Shown: positions 50,836 through 64,000, counted from the stretch's first letter. The stretch: DNA of 64,000 bases from Laetmonice hystrix (GCA_965235115.1 OZ249440.1:32180001-32244000), one strand, 5' to 3'. Program-made: numbers and translations. The notes: generated by a model from the sequence alone, not told the origin.

Positions 50836-53551
50836 TTTATTATCCCATTTCCCTTACGGGGAAATGGGATGTTGTTCTTGTGTGCGTTCGTCTTCTGTAT
50901 TTTTTTTATATTATTATTATCGTCGTAGTTAGACAATGGCAGTTTCTCAGCCAGTATGAAGGTATCTGGATGAAACTTGCACGGTAGGTTGGCCATGTCA
51001 TGACTACCTCTCCATATCAAGCAGTACGTCATGGGCCGTCATGCTTCCGAGTTATGACGTGTTATACACGTCAAAAAGCACTTCACATTTTCAACTGTCA
51101 AGACCAGGGGGGTATCCACGTTCGCAGCGCCATCTAGGTCGAGCGATAATAGAGAACCAAAACAATGCGGCCGAGACGACTCGAAGTAAAATCGAGTGCT
51201 TTGACAAAAATGCTGTCTATACGTTAAAACGTAATCAATTTGCCAAATTCAAGTTAGAGTCGCTTACACGGTAGTATCTTCTTTCTAATTATATCCGATT
51301 TGTGAGCTTTTGTGCTCTAAAAATATATATTTAACCAATTCATCGGACGTCGTCCGCCATTCTGCCATGACTGATAAATTGCTAAAAAATGGTTAACTTT
51401 AGACGCTGACCCTACGTTAACTAGACGAGCGTTAAAAAATCAGTTACCACCGTTGGAAAGCTCATCATTTTTTGTATCTAATTCTTCAACCCCGCTCGCA
51501 AGCGCTCCAAGATTTCTGTGTCATTAGAGCACTTTTTGGTAGTCTGTCTTTGCCGGAGAGACGGCCAGGGATGTCCGGCTAGTACTCGCGTCGAGTCGCG
51601 GCAAGCACCCGGGCTCGAGTCGCTGTCAGTGTCAGCCGACAATCAACTCGTAATTTTTCATACACTGCGCCAGGAATCGTTATCAAACTTACCACCCACA
51701 AAGGCTCAAATATGTTCTAAAGCTATGGGAGCAGTTAGACAATGGCAGTTTCTCAGCCAGTTTTGAAGGTATCTGGATGAAACATGCATGGTAGGTTGGC
51801 CATGTCATGACTACCTCTCCATATCAAGCAGTACGTCCTGGGCCGTCATGCTTCCGAGTTATGACGTGTTATACACGTCAAAAAGCACTTCACATTTTCA
51901 ACTGTCAAGACCAAACAAATAGCAATAGGGCAATTATCTCTCAGATACTGGAAAAGGAATAGTTCCTTAATACTTTTTTATCAAAATTTAGCTGATGACC
52001 TTTGCCCTTCTTAAGGACTGGGTCACAGGTCACATGTCACATAAATCTACAATTTTGAAGTAGCTTTCTTTAACTGAGCACCAAATTGCACAGAATGATG
52101 GCTCGTAGATATCCGCAGAAGTTGTAGCATGGATTTAGCGATATGACGTATATTGGCGTAGTCACGTGACTTCAAAGTTTGATTCTGTGGCCAGTTTCTC
52201 AGACATCGGTCATATCTCTGGCAGTTTTCAACAGATCTTAATGAAAATTGTTGTGCTTAAAGAGGGTGGGATGATAAGTCAAATTTATAAATAAAAATTC
52301 TCCTGTGACGTTACTTTTCCGCGTCATTACGTCCTTCATCTATTCTAGATAGGACCTTCGTACTTCTAGGTCTGTGTGTCTCAATAGCTGAGTGGGTAAC
52401 ATACCCGACCGAAAAGCTGGAGATCACGGGTTCGAATCCCAATAAGGTATATCGTTTTTGTCTGAAATTTTTCGTATTCTTAACGTCATAATCCAAATTT
52501 TGATATTTAGAAAAAAATTGAGCTATATTATCTTTTTCAATTTGATGGTCAGTCATATGAGCTAAAAGTTGGGTTCTATGGCCGTTATACGAGAAATCGG
52601 TCATATCTCTTGCAGTTTTCAACAGATCTTTATTAAACCAGTTGGGCTTAAAGAAGGTGGGATATTGACCCAAATTTATGCAATGTTCTCCTGTGACGTC
52701 ACTGTTATGTGCCGCGACTCCATCCATGTGTGATCTTAGTACAGCATCACTTATGAGTCTCAATGGCTGAATGTGTAACATAACCGCAAAACAGGCTGTA
52801 GATCATGGGTTCGAATCCCACTATGAAAAAGTATTTTTTCAAATACATTTCGTAATTTAAATGGCCAAATGCAAATTTTTATTTTTAGTAAAACTATTGA
52901 GCTACATGTATATATAGATTTTTTTTTTTCAATTTGATGGTCACTCATAGGACTTAAAAGCTGTGGCCCTTTCACCAAAAATCAATCATATCTCTTGCGG
53001 TTTTCAACAGATCTTTATGAAACTAGATGTGCTTTTAAAGCAGGTGGGATGTTGACCCAAATTTTAGCACACAATATTATTGAACTACAAATTATTCTGA
53101 AAACCAACCCCACAGCTGAACGCTGACTCAGGGAGAATACTCCTTCCAATGAGTTCCCATACATTGTGGGGTTTAGCTCAATTTGGTTTAAATTTGTTGA
53201 TATAAGTTACGTGACCTAGAATTTTCACTATTTCAAGGGCTCTGACCACACAACTGAATGCAAGTAAAATATGTGGGCTGGTTCCTTAGTAAAGTTTTTA
53301 CCAATATTTTACTGATGACTTTTGACCTTCGTAAGGACTGGGTCACAGGTCACATCTCACATAAATGTATGATTTTGAAGTAGATCTCTTCCAATTATCC
53401 TGGTCAAATTTGACATAATGGTTCCACAACAAAATGCGCCCTCCATATCAATCTTCGTCGTGTAGCCTATGGGTCAACAGGCTTACAAAAATGTATGTAT
53501 GTATTTTAGGGAAATGGGATCAATGATTGCAGGCAATCATGCTGACTAGTT
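50836..53551 (+). mobile_element. Helentron/DINE-1-like non-autonomous rolling-circle element
   Basis: 5' ATCCCATTTCCC (50842-53) with adjacent inverted copy (50859-70); 3' GGGAAATGGGAT (53509-20) followed by hairpin ATGATTGC-ag-GCAATCAT and CTAGTT; TT-rich insertion site, no TSD; internal direct repeats (50928-51106 vs 51733-51913, and ~390-bp units at 52200-53070). Confidence 0.7.
52377..52441 (+). other. tRNA-like Pol III promoter module (second copy at 52757-52820)
   Basis: A-box TAGCTGAGTGG (52385-95) and B-box GGTTCGAATCCC (52429-40); no acceptor-stem complement, so not a tRNA gene. Confidence 0.6.
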
Positions 53552-54139
53552 GGAAATATAATTATATGCCTGTGCAAAGCCTTGAGTTTACCCTAAAGGC
53601 CCCAGAGTTGTATTATATGCAATCAAATTGGCCGTAACATGCATTTTCTGTAGACACCCAACACAAAGGTAAGCATGGTAACATAATGCGTATTTATATA
53701 TTTTTAAAATCAGAAAACACTCGTTCTTTCTATTAGAATACATCATATTGATATGTAGTGGGTTTTACTTTGTGTAGCACTTGCCCTTAAATGAAACAAA
53801 ACAATAAAATAGTGGCATTGTGAAGGAATTAGCCCAGCTCAAATTATTTAGATACAGATTGCAATGCTGGATATACTTACCCAGTTCATCCACAACAAAG
53901 ACCAACATTTTATAGATGATCTTGTGGTCGCAGGATTTCAAAAAAGCTGGTCCCTGAGATATGAAGAAGTAAAGGAACGAGTCGTCATTCTCCTCTCCCA
54001 CATGATCCACTAACCGTGACAGGTTCAGCTCCTCAGGCTGCATTTCATCGTGCTTGATGGACGATGCCTTGTTCAATAGGCCAAACCATTTAGCCTATGA
54101 GATACCTTCCATGAATGCTGTAAATGAAATCCCAAAACC

Positions 54140-54280
54140 ATACATACATCCCTCCCTACATCCCTCCCTCCCTCCCTACCTCCCTCCCTACCTCCCTCCC
54201 TCCATCCATCCATCCATCCATCCCCGCACGGGCACGCGCACGCGCACGCGCACGCGCACACGCACACATACATACATACA
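54140..54280. repeat. Compound microsatellite (CCCT/CCAT/GCAC/CATA)
   Basis: Directly visible short tandem runs. Confidence 0.95.
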
Positions 54281-57110
54281 ACTTACTCCTACTGACCATA
54301 TTGTATGTGTGCATATTGTTTCCGTAGGAATAGCTGATGCAGATGTAACTCTTGTAAAATATAATTATCTGTCCAATCACTGTGGGGTATCTTCAAGAAG
54401 GGTTCCTTTCTGTGTACCCACATTCACTTGGACCACATTATCTGAAGGGCTTTCTGAGTCCACGTAATAGACACCACGAGTACTTCCTGGAATATGTAAG
54501 GAGATAATGAGAGACAAATAAATAACTCAAATACATATTCGGGTACTGTGCTTAAGAAGTTGCGAGTAACTTCCCAGCAAACACATAATATCAGAACCTT
54601 AAAAACCCAAATTGTCCAATTGTTAAAAGAAAACATTTAAAAGAAAACACTTCCAAAATATTGAAAAAATATTGTGGAAAGAATTACAAATATTTTCTTA
54701 ATGTTGTAAAGAAATACACCTGTAACATGGAACAGAAATGTTTTTAAACATTATCAAAACATCATGTGTATACCTTTGAAGATCTAAAAAACAAATTTAT
54801 ATTGTAGAAATGTTTTATGAATATTCTTAGAATATTGCACAAAACGAGTTAAAATATTGAATTAAATCATTATCAAAAGGTTTTCAAAATCTGACTGTTT
54901 GCTGGTTTATGCCATAGACCTAGTTAAGGGAATATATTAAATTCTTCAGTATGAATAAAATTGTGTTGCTAAAAATTCATACTTACCAATGATGTTCCTG
55001 CAAGACTTGGCGATCTCCGACCTAATAAGCCTTAGTTCCTCCTTCATTTCCTGCCTCGTCTTTACCAGCTTGAAGAAAACCGCCCATTCGAAGTGTTGAA
55101 TGCGCGGCTTTCAACAGCCAGAAAACAGAGCGAGATCCTACCGGTTTGGTAGCTGGCTATGATCTACCGAGCGTTTATTTTACAGTATATATTAAAGTAT
55201 AGTGGTCGGACCGCCGGCAGGCAGCTCCTCCCCTCTCCAGATGGCGGCGTTAGAATTTAATTGGCGTTATCTGCCACACCGCCTCTGCAGAGATCAGGAT
55301 AAGCCAGCCTGGCAAGAAGTACATCCGGCGTCCGGCCATGGAGTACATTTCTAGAAACAACTCTACACTTCTACCTTGTGGCCCTCGCGAGACGCGAGTG
55401 GTCAATAAGTAATAAATGATATAATAAAGATACTTAATAAATATTACGTTAAAGATGCATAATCAATATCTGAACGTCCTTCTATATTCTACAAGCTGTT
55501 CCTTGAAGGATGGCACGCTTCATGCGGCAAATATGAGCAATACTAATTAATTCTTAGCCTATCAATTACTCGTGGTCATTAGTAAGATATACACTAGGGT
55601 TGGGGCGACTAATATACGACTAGTCCACTATGAATAGCACCGACTAGTCGACTACCTTTTTGCTAGTCGACTAGTCGAAAATTATAAATGGCATACTTTA
55701 CCTGCAACTAAAAGGCAAAGCAAGTATTCAAAACAAGTCATGCAACAATTCTGAGAAGTATTTTCAGAATCTCTGGGTTAGAAATGTCTGAAAAAAATCT
55801 TCTCTCTTCTAATTCGAACCAAAAATTTCACGTATCTCTCTCTACTGTAGACTGTAGTAGTGCGAGTTGAAGGCCTATCTTCAAATGCTCATAACTCAGG
55901 ATCCGATATGGTGACCCACCATTTTCTTTGCACCAAAATACTCGAAAAATGTAGAATTATTTTATGTGAAAGTAGCCTGAAAATCTCTGGGTCAGAAATT
56001 TTTGGCCTATTAGTGTCGAGTCCCTTTAAAACAAGTTAAGCAGCTTGCTTAAGCTTAACTTTAAGCTTAAGCAAGAGACCTTGCTTAAGCCGGTTTTTTA
56101 AACCACTTAAACAAGCTTGCTCAAGCTTAAATAGTGTGAGATTTAAGCAAGCTCCCTACCAGACTTAGAAGTTAAGCAAGGCAAAGATGGCTGCCCTAAT
56201 AAACAGACGCAGGTTACATCGGCACGTACGTTTACAGTTTCGTGAACGTTTATTTGACGGCTACAATCCGCTTGAAGTATTGTCTGAGGTGGAAATTTAC
56301 CACCGGTACCGTTTCGGTACAGAAACAATTATATTTCTAACCGGACTCGTCGCAGACAACATGATGGCAAACGCGACCAACCGCGGGAGCCCCTTGCCAG
56401 TCCTTATGCAAGTACTTATCACTTTGCGGTACTTGGCTAGCGACGCCTTCTTTGAGGTGGTTGGCGATACCCTGAATGTATCCAAGTCAGCTTGCTGGAC
56501 CAGCGTAGAGAGAGTCGCCACGGTCATCGCCACATTGCCTGGATGGATCCACCTTGATCCTGACGAATACGACAACTTGAGCACTGGATTCTATAACTTG
56601 GCACGTAAGTAACTCATGAGTGATTTCGGCCATTTTTCAGTCAAAACTTCGAAAACTGAAAGTTGAAACGCTAAACATGTTTGCTGCAGTTTTGTTTTGA
56701 TTCCGTCAAACGGAAATGTGCCGTCGGCGTCGCCCGAATACATGCCCTCTAATGTTGAACCTAACGTTCGCCGGGTCGCAGCGCTAGTGGTGCCATCTAC
56801 ATTAAGCCACCGATATTAGAGAATCAAAACCAACTCAAATTTTATCGTCAGTCTCAACCAAGTATAGGCCTAAGGTTAACAAAAAAAAGTTGTCATGTGT
56901 GCTGAATATGCTCCACGAGTTAGGAATTTTTCACTCAGTAGAACACAGGCTGTCATGCATGTAGTCTAGACCGGTACCTGGTAGGGGGCCACTCGCTGCC
57001 TGGGCTAGGTCAGTGGCGGCGGGAGCGACCGAGGTCACTGGTGGCTGGAGGAGCTAGACTTTCAAGGGGGCCCCTTTAAATAAATGTTATAAAAAAGTGT
57101 CCAGCCTTCA

Positions 57111-57690
57111 CCCTTTCAGGGCGGTTACGATTGTTCAGCTAAAAATGCTTCCTAGAGACGGTTGGCAACCTGTGGTCGCCTGCACACATGATCTTACAAC
57201 AATACAAGTCAATAGATAGCAGCACTACAAAGACCTTTAGCCTTTAGGCCTTGCTATACTAGTCGCCTGCACACAGATCTTACTTTTTTTTAATAGAGAC
57301 CCTGCCAAATGACAAAGATAACATAATTGTCATTTTTTCATTTACCCACTAAATTTTTATTTTTTTGCAATATTTGCCCCACACTACATCAGAGTATTTA
57401 GAAGTCAGCTATATTTGGAATAAAACTACCTAAATGCTAGTTTTTAGGTTAAAAATAATTTTATGCTTGAAAGGGTCACAAGAGGTTCAGCAAATGACCC
57501 CAGAGACCCAAGCCTCCTCGAATTAGCCAAACTCTTAATTTTCATGACTCTTTCGTATCTGGTGAAAATGTCATCTTGATCCTTTTAGTGCAAAAGTATA
57601 TGCAAGGAAAAATATAAGTCACGAAAATGCTCTAAAACAAATTAAAATTCGCTTAATGATCAGAGTAACAGACAGTGCGCACTGAAAGGG
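57111..57690. mobile_element. piggyBac-like MITE in Harbinger intron 1
   Basis: CCCTTTCAG(G/T)GCG TIR; flanks TTCA / TTAA. Confidence 0.7.
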
Positions 57691-58061
57691 TTAATTCTGC
57701 AGTGTGCAGAACTTGACCTGCTGAATCTTCCATTACCCTAGGGAATTTGAAGCCTGGCTCTATGTATGTACATGTATGTCTTTTAAAGAAGCACATATCA
57801 AGTCATTACGGCCCTTGGCTTAATGATACAGGAGAAAGGGTACCTGACAAAGCATGGGTGGTCTAATCGGGAGGGGGAGGGGTAATGAGTTGGGCACTGA
57901 TGTCGGAAAACAAGTTACATGTATTAACAACTGGTAAACATATTTTTAACAGGATTCCCACAGACAATTGGCGCCGTAGACGGGACACAAATTGTTGTTA
58001 CAAGACCCGATGTGGCAGACTACTGGGTGTACCGCAACAGAAAGGGGCGTTATTCCATAAA

Positions 58062-59598
58062 CAGGGATGAAAGTGGCCAGCTGTAAAATTTCCTGAAATT
58101 CTAACCGGGGGGGGGGGGGGGGAGCGGCGGGGGCCAATGTCCATAATTAATATTTGTTCATGCGCACATCCAAGGCTTACCCCCCCCCCCCCCCTTAAAA
58201 ATAGTCAGGCTAGGAACAGCAGACAATCATGATCCGATATTCGGCGATAAGGCCTCCTAGCTATTATATATTATACTATTTATAGGGCCTAGCCCTCAGT
58301 ATTTAGTCGCCACCCCCCACCCCCACCCCCAACCCAACCCCCACCCCCCCCCAACCCCCCACCCCCCCCCCAACCCCCCACCCCAACCCCCCACCCCTGC
58401 AAATTTGCTGGATAGACTCCATCACTCATCAGTCCATGCCCCTGTTCAAGGCTGTTGCTTGCCTGTCACTCAGTCACGTCAACCTCTGCCTGGCTCTGCC
58501 GTCTCTCTCCAACATTGGAATCCAGTCGGCTTTTAGCGTCCAAAATGCACCCGATTACGTTGTCAAACAGCTTCCATGTGTTAGACTGACCACACAGGCT
58601 GTCTATCAGTCTTGACCCTCAGCAGTCACGACCCTCAGCGGCTCTCAGCCAAGCAGCACAGTCGCTGAGTCGAGTGGTTCAGCCCGTGTGTCCATGTGCC
58701 ACTCATGTGGTTGTAAATATTGTCACTTCCGGTCTTATCAGGACACCTGCACTGATCGACAAATGTAATGAAAAGTCCTGACAACCCAAAAACTTCCGTG
58801 AAAACCACTTACGTAATGCCATTATCCTCAAATTTATATGCAAGAAAACATTATGAGAACTTACTGACATATATACTAGGCAGATTCATAGAACTAAATT
58901 GACCCAGTTTCCTGTGAGGAGTGACATTGTGATGGTGCGTAGTTCGTCAGCCTAATCACTATCACCGGGACTAGACAGACCGGTCTGTCTATAGTCTCGT
59001 TGCTATCACTAAGTGAGCGCTCAGGCAAAACTCGCGCATGGATATGGCATAATGGCAAGCCTGAATCAACGGGCTTCGCAGCTGCCTGACCATCAGTTTT
59101 GCCTGAAGTCATTACCTGAGGTGAGTCGCTCTCACCACAGCGACACGGGGCCGTGCCTGCCAGACGGGACAGACGCCACCGCGTGCCGGTAGAAGTCAGC
59201 CCACACGGGCCGGTCTATGTGAGCGATGTGACCACAGCTACAGGGACCGCGGGTGGTACACCATCACCCCCGGCAGACCGGCCTATGCACGGCGGCACCC
59301 ATGACACTGGACGGGTTTGAGACACTCTAATATCCCCATCTATAAACGAACTTTGGCAGGTAGAGATATTGAGCTGCATGGTGTTAAAAACGTCCTGGAA
59401 GGAGATATTGTTTCATTTGATATTAACAAATTAAAATTGCCCACCACACAGTCCAGGGCAATACTTAGCCTTGGCTTAGGCCTACCTCTTTTGCCTATAG
59501 ATCTAGGCCTATTTCCTTTTTTGGGTGTTATTTCTGGGGGGGGGGGATTTTTTCAAATTTCCTGATTTCAGGAAATTTCCTGAAAACTTTCATCCCTG
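58062..59598. mobile_element. hAT-like non-autonomous element interrupting Harbinger exon 2
   Basis: TIR CAGGGATGAAAGT; flanks CATAAA / AATAAA (6 bp, one mismatch); removal restores S-I-N-V-Q. Confidence 0.85.
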
Positions 59599-60263
59599 AA
59601 TAAATGTTCAAGTAAGTAACATTCATTTTGACACTGCTAATAAAGTCATCGACTTTGTGATTAAAGGATTAAAGTTCTTTTTTTTTTCAAACACGGGTAG
59701 AACTTTCTTATAACTTCAAAATCACTGGCATTTACAAGTACATGACCTCTAAAAAGTAGAATTTACCCCTGATTGACGGGAATAAATTCCAAGACTTGTA
59801 TTTTTAATAGAGTAATCTGACTTTTCAGTAACGTAGTTACATATAGTTACATGGCATATAGATCTAGACATATTATATGTGAAATATGGGTAGTCATTTC
59901 TTCAATATACAAGGTAATAAATCTATTGGTCGTTGCCAGCCTAACAGATTAATGTTTCCCACCTCTACCAATCCTTTTTAACTATCCGATTTTCCAATAA
60001 ATAAAAATATATTTTTTTTCTCTCTCTAGGCCGTGGTAAGCTCAAAATTTGAGTTTCTGGATGTTGTGGCCAACTGGCCAGGCAGTGTACACGATGCACG
60101 TATTTTTGCCGCAAGCGAACTCTGCCGACGATTCGAGACAGGTAGGTTAATAAAAAAAAATGTTGGTATCGTTCATGTTCGGGTAAGAAACGGAAAGTGA
60201 GATAAACCCATCCTTCCTCCACATACATTTAATTCATTCCCCCAAGGCCCTTTTCGCATATTG

Positions 60264-60443
60264 CAGTGGCGTACCCGGAAGGGGGGGGGGGGGTGCTTGG
60301 GTGCTCAAGCACCCCTCTTAATTTGCCCAATTTTGAGTGTGTGTGTGTGTGTTGGGGGGAGGGGGGCGCCCTCCCAACTTACAGCGCCTACGACTTTGGT
60401 TATTTCCAGAACCCCCTGGGTCCAGTTTCTGGGTATGCCACTG
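60264..60443. mobile_element. Short CAGTGGCG-type MITE (related copies at 15112-15251, 16175-16325, ~34495-34748, 326-360)
   Basis: CAG(T/G)GGCG...(C/T)GCC(A/C)CTG inverted ends with internal G/C runs. Confidence 0.65.
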
Positions 60444-61735
60444 TACTGACGTCACTTATTCTCAATAAATTAAAATATATTAGAAATGTTCAGTGCATTA
60501 TAACTTCTTGAAGAGTTGTGATTTATGCTCTAGTACAAGAAACATAGGGCAACGGGGGTCATTAAGTGCCACACTTTATGATTCTAAGATTTCTATATGA
60601 CATAATGTCTCTTTATTTTGGACTCGTTACTTTTAGGGGCAATTCCCGGCCACCTGGTGGGAGACTCCGGTTATGCATGCAGGCGTTTTTGTCTCACCCC
60701 ATATACTGGCCCTCAGTCCCCAGCACAGGTAGGTATAACCATAGATTTCTCAGCTGCCCAGATGAACCCAACCATGTTTTCATATACCACATCTTTCAAT
60801 GTCATATCGCATCTAATGAGAAACATAATAAATATATTTAAGCACAAAAAATATAGAATAGTAATTTTGTAACGTGAAATTCCACCTTAACACTATAGAT
60901 AAGGTACAACCAGGCCCAGCAACGGACCCGTGTCGTCGTTGAACAAACATTCGGAATTTGGAAGCGCCGTTTCTCCTGTCTGCAAATGGTCCGAACAAAG
61001 AACCCAGCAAAAGCGTGTCGGGTAGTGATGGCCTGTGCGGTCCTTCATAACATTGGTACACATGGAATACTTCTATCTAAATGCTGACTTTACTATCAAG
61101 TTGATAACCTTTTAAATAGCTTAAATTAAAACAGGTATATGAAAATGAAATTGTACAGAAACCAATGTGCCCATGCAATTAAACTCGGCTTGGCTTTTGC
61201 GAAAGTTTATTGACGGTATGTAAAATATTTACTGTGCAGGAATTCGAAGGGGCGACATCCTACAAGAGGACATCCCCGCCCCTAACTACCAGGCCCCGGA
61301 AGATGTTGTTCCCCCAGTTGGTGAGGGATTGGCCTACCGCGATTGGTTTGCCAGACACTTATTTGCTTAGGTATGTTTACAGTCTTCTTAAGAACTTAAA
61401 CCCTTAAAACAAACAAAGCCATTTACAGGAATGAAAGGAAATTCTTAAGACCTTTTAAAGATTTTTATAGGGTTTGTATGGTAAAAAGCATCCAAAAACC
61501 GAATATAACACGACCTTCATTATTAAATAAGTCTCGACTTCATCATTTATATAAATATTGTTGCACATGTTCTTGTATAAATTCTTGCATTACATTTACA
61601 CTTCTACGGAAGAGATTTTGATAATTAAAGGACTTAACACTTACAGCAAATAAGGCGTGAAATTTGGGGGAAATAGTACAGCACAACTACAATATAAATA
61701 TAATGAAAGGATATCACAGAGCTTTATTCAATATA

Positions 61736-62590
61736 CAGTGGTCCCCCTCATAAGCGACCACCCCTGCTGCAGAGAGAAAGTGGTCGCTAGTGGCGGGTGG
61801 TCGCCTAAACGAGGGATCGTTAAGTACACATGGTTACCACCAGGTGGCTACATGTCAGATAACTACACAGTTAACACTAGGTGGCGACTTCCCAGTTAGA
61901 GGGAGGGGACAAAGAGGGAGGCACGTGTGGAGTTATTCTTGCCAAATTTCAGTTTCAGTTCAGAGAGACAAAAAATATTTAATTTTATTTAAGGAAAGAC
62001 TCTAGTCTTGTCTGTTTCATTTCATTTACGGCTTTTCTAGACTCTTCTTTTAGCAAGTCTTGCAGTTTGTAAACGCAGTCCAGCATCTGTGTAGGTCTGC
62101 TGTTTCAGAGCAAAGTCTACAATTTGCACTGCATTCTGCCACGCTTTTTTAGGGGTTTCAACAGGCATGGTAGTAGGAGGGGGGGGGGCAAAACTGTTAG
62201 CTTAATGTGTGATGGAAGCCTGGCGGGGAAGGTGAGAGACTGGGCCTAGCAGCCGTGGTGGGGCCGGGCAGGCAAGGTGAGACACGTGGCCATTGTGGGA
62301 TGGAAGTGGGTGGGTGGGTGGGGGTTGGGGGTGTTGGTGTTGGGTCGGCAGGATGCCAGGCAGGCGGGCATGAGGAGACAACAGTGTTATGACTAGCCAC
62401 GGCTGATTCTCAAAGGCTGGTCGCTGATAAGGGGTGACCAGTGGAGTTGATGCAGGGATATGCCGGTCGCTGGTCGTTAGTGCCGGGTGGTCGCTTATAA
62501 GGGTGGAATTATAGTGTGAAGTGGTTAATGCAGTGGAAATGCGGTCGCTAGAGGCGGGTGGTCGCTTATAGGGGGTGGTCTTTAACATGG
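61736..62590. mobile_element. pogo/Tc1-mariner-like non-autonomous element, right end truncated
   Basis: TA-CAGTGGTCCCCCTCATAAGCGACCACC start; several GGTGGTCGCTTATA subterminal repeats at 62418-62580. Confidence 0.65.
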
Positions 62591-62593
62591 GGA

Positions 62594-63261
62594 CAAGAAG
62601 AGGTCCTTATCCAAGAACTTGTTGTTCCTGACCAAGATCATGAAGATGAACATGAAGAAGGTAGATTATGCCATGCTGTATTGTGATCAGTCTTCAGATT
62701 GGTACTCCAATACTTGCATTGTTGCATAATGTGGAGTACACCTTAACAATGATGCAACCAATGTACATATAGTAATAATGACAAACCATTAATGACATAC
62801 CGGTGCGTGCGGTAGATACCGTAGCTGTCTTCATGTTGCACGCAGCATGTTGAGTGGCTTGGTTTTCTGTATGTGCAGAAAAAGAGCGTTAATTTTTTAA
62901 TAAATATCAGAACCAAAATGGAGTAAGGTACGAATGTACAGTATTTGACAGATCTGACAACAGTTACATCATAGATTTATGCAAAGCTCAAGGTATATGA
63001 TTTAAGGGTGTTGGGGTTGCTAAAAAAGACCAATTCTGCAGTTATTAGGGGGTGAATCTTTACAAATGTCACATCTTACATAATTAACACGATAAAAGAA
63101 ATGTACAAACTATTACTGTCTACATTATGCAACAATGCAAGTATTGGAGTACCAATCTGAAGACTGATCACAATACAGCATGACATAATCTACCTTCTTC
63201 ATGTTCATCTTCATGATCTTGGTCAGGAACAACAAGTTCTTGGATGAGGACCTCTTCTTGT
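62594..63261. repeat. ~138-bp near-perfect inverted repeat (62594-62731 / 63122-63261)
   Basis: Arms are reverse complements with about 2 mismatches. Confidence 0.9.
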
Positions 63262-64000
63262 TGTCCATCCTCTGAAACATGTGATCAGATCATCAGTGAT
63301 AGTGATATGATTTGAATACTCTGTGTATATTTCTAAGTGGGAGGGAAGAGAGGGACAGACAGAAGAGAGAGGGGGAGAGGGAGAGAGGGGAAAGAGAGAG
63401 AAAGTACGGATTGCCCACCCCCCCCCCCCCACCCCCCGTATCCCAGTCCGCCTACAGAAAACTATCTGTATTGTCATAACAGCAAATTTCAAGGTTGGTG
63501 GAACGTGTGGGGTTTGTTATGGATAACAAGGATAAACTAGTGGCCAGGTGCCATTGGCACAGGTATCCCATTCACAGATATGATGTAAACAAATTTTGAC
63601 TGGACTGGATTATGTTAGTTACTATGCTCTATGTTAAGACATCAGGCATCACGTGATTAGAACAATCGTATTGTCACGTGATAAGGCAAAAAAACAAAGT
63701 GGCCGTATCTGACCGCCATCTTGGATTTTTCACATTCAGGTCAAATGGGTTAAGTTTTCCACCCTAACCCCAATGGTGAAAACCAGACATTGATATCTTT
63801 AACCGTTTTAGAGATATCACTGATTTTTGTTTGGAAATGACCTAAAAGGGCCAATTTTGAGGGGTCATAACATGGAAACTATAGATTTTAGGAGAGCCAT
63901 CTCGGTGTCAGAGACAGCTGACCTATTACCCAATCCAATGGTGCTAAAATCAGAAATTAGGTCAACTTGGCCGCCATCTTGGATTTTTCAAATTCAGTTC

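Larger units (their letters stand above)
56187..61370 (+). pseudogene. Complete six-exon Harbinger (HARBI1-like) transposase; exons 56187-56604, 57953-59611 (MITE at 58062-59598), 60030-60141, 60637-60728, 60899-61055, 61240-61370
   Basis: GT-AG introns in phase; RYRF, LRYLAS, FPQTIGAVDGT, NRKGRYSINVQ, NWPGSVHDARIF, LVGDSGY, TRVVVEQTFGIWKRRF, ACAVLHNI; all three DDE residues present. The MITE is the only lesion I saw. Confidence 0.92.

Noticed and set aside
52377..52820. Genuine tRNA genes
   Set aside because: No acceptor stem or full cloverleaf; embedded in internal repeats of a TE.
54054..54467. Pro/Arg-rich ORFs
   Set aside because: Read-through of microsatellites.

Overview
Animal (probably marine invertebrate; inferred from the TE repertoire) genomic DNA made almost entirely of nested transposable elements. 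The only clear host-gene piece is the terminal GDSGGP exon of a trypsin-family serine protease (14753-14917, +). Left to right: two decayed, divergently oriented RNase H-containing I-clade LINEs, each hit by MITEs; a complete P-element/THAP9-type transposon (26-bp TIRs, 7-bp TSD, spliced THAP + transposase gene interrupted by a self-nested Harbinger MITE) inside a probable Mutator-like element carrying inverted 50-bp satellite arrays; an Academ element (CCT TSD) containing a 41-bp minisatellite and a Penelope-like retroelement whose 3' repeat folds into a hammerhead ribozyme with a ~190-nt loop; a second Academ transposase gene split by an 8.4-kb nest that holds a rearranged CR1/L2-type LINE whose ORF1 is fused to a NADAR/YbiA-like domain and a young 5.2-kb split-direct-repeat (A1-B1A2-B2, Ngaro/PAT-like) element with no intact coding capacity; two intron-containing Harbinger transposase genes; a Helentron-type non-autonomous element with internal tRNA-like repeats; and many MITEs. 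All family assignments come from motif recognition by eye, not from database searches.
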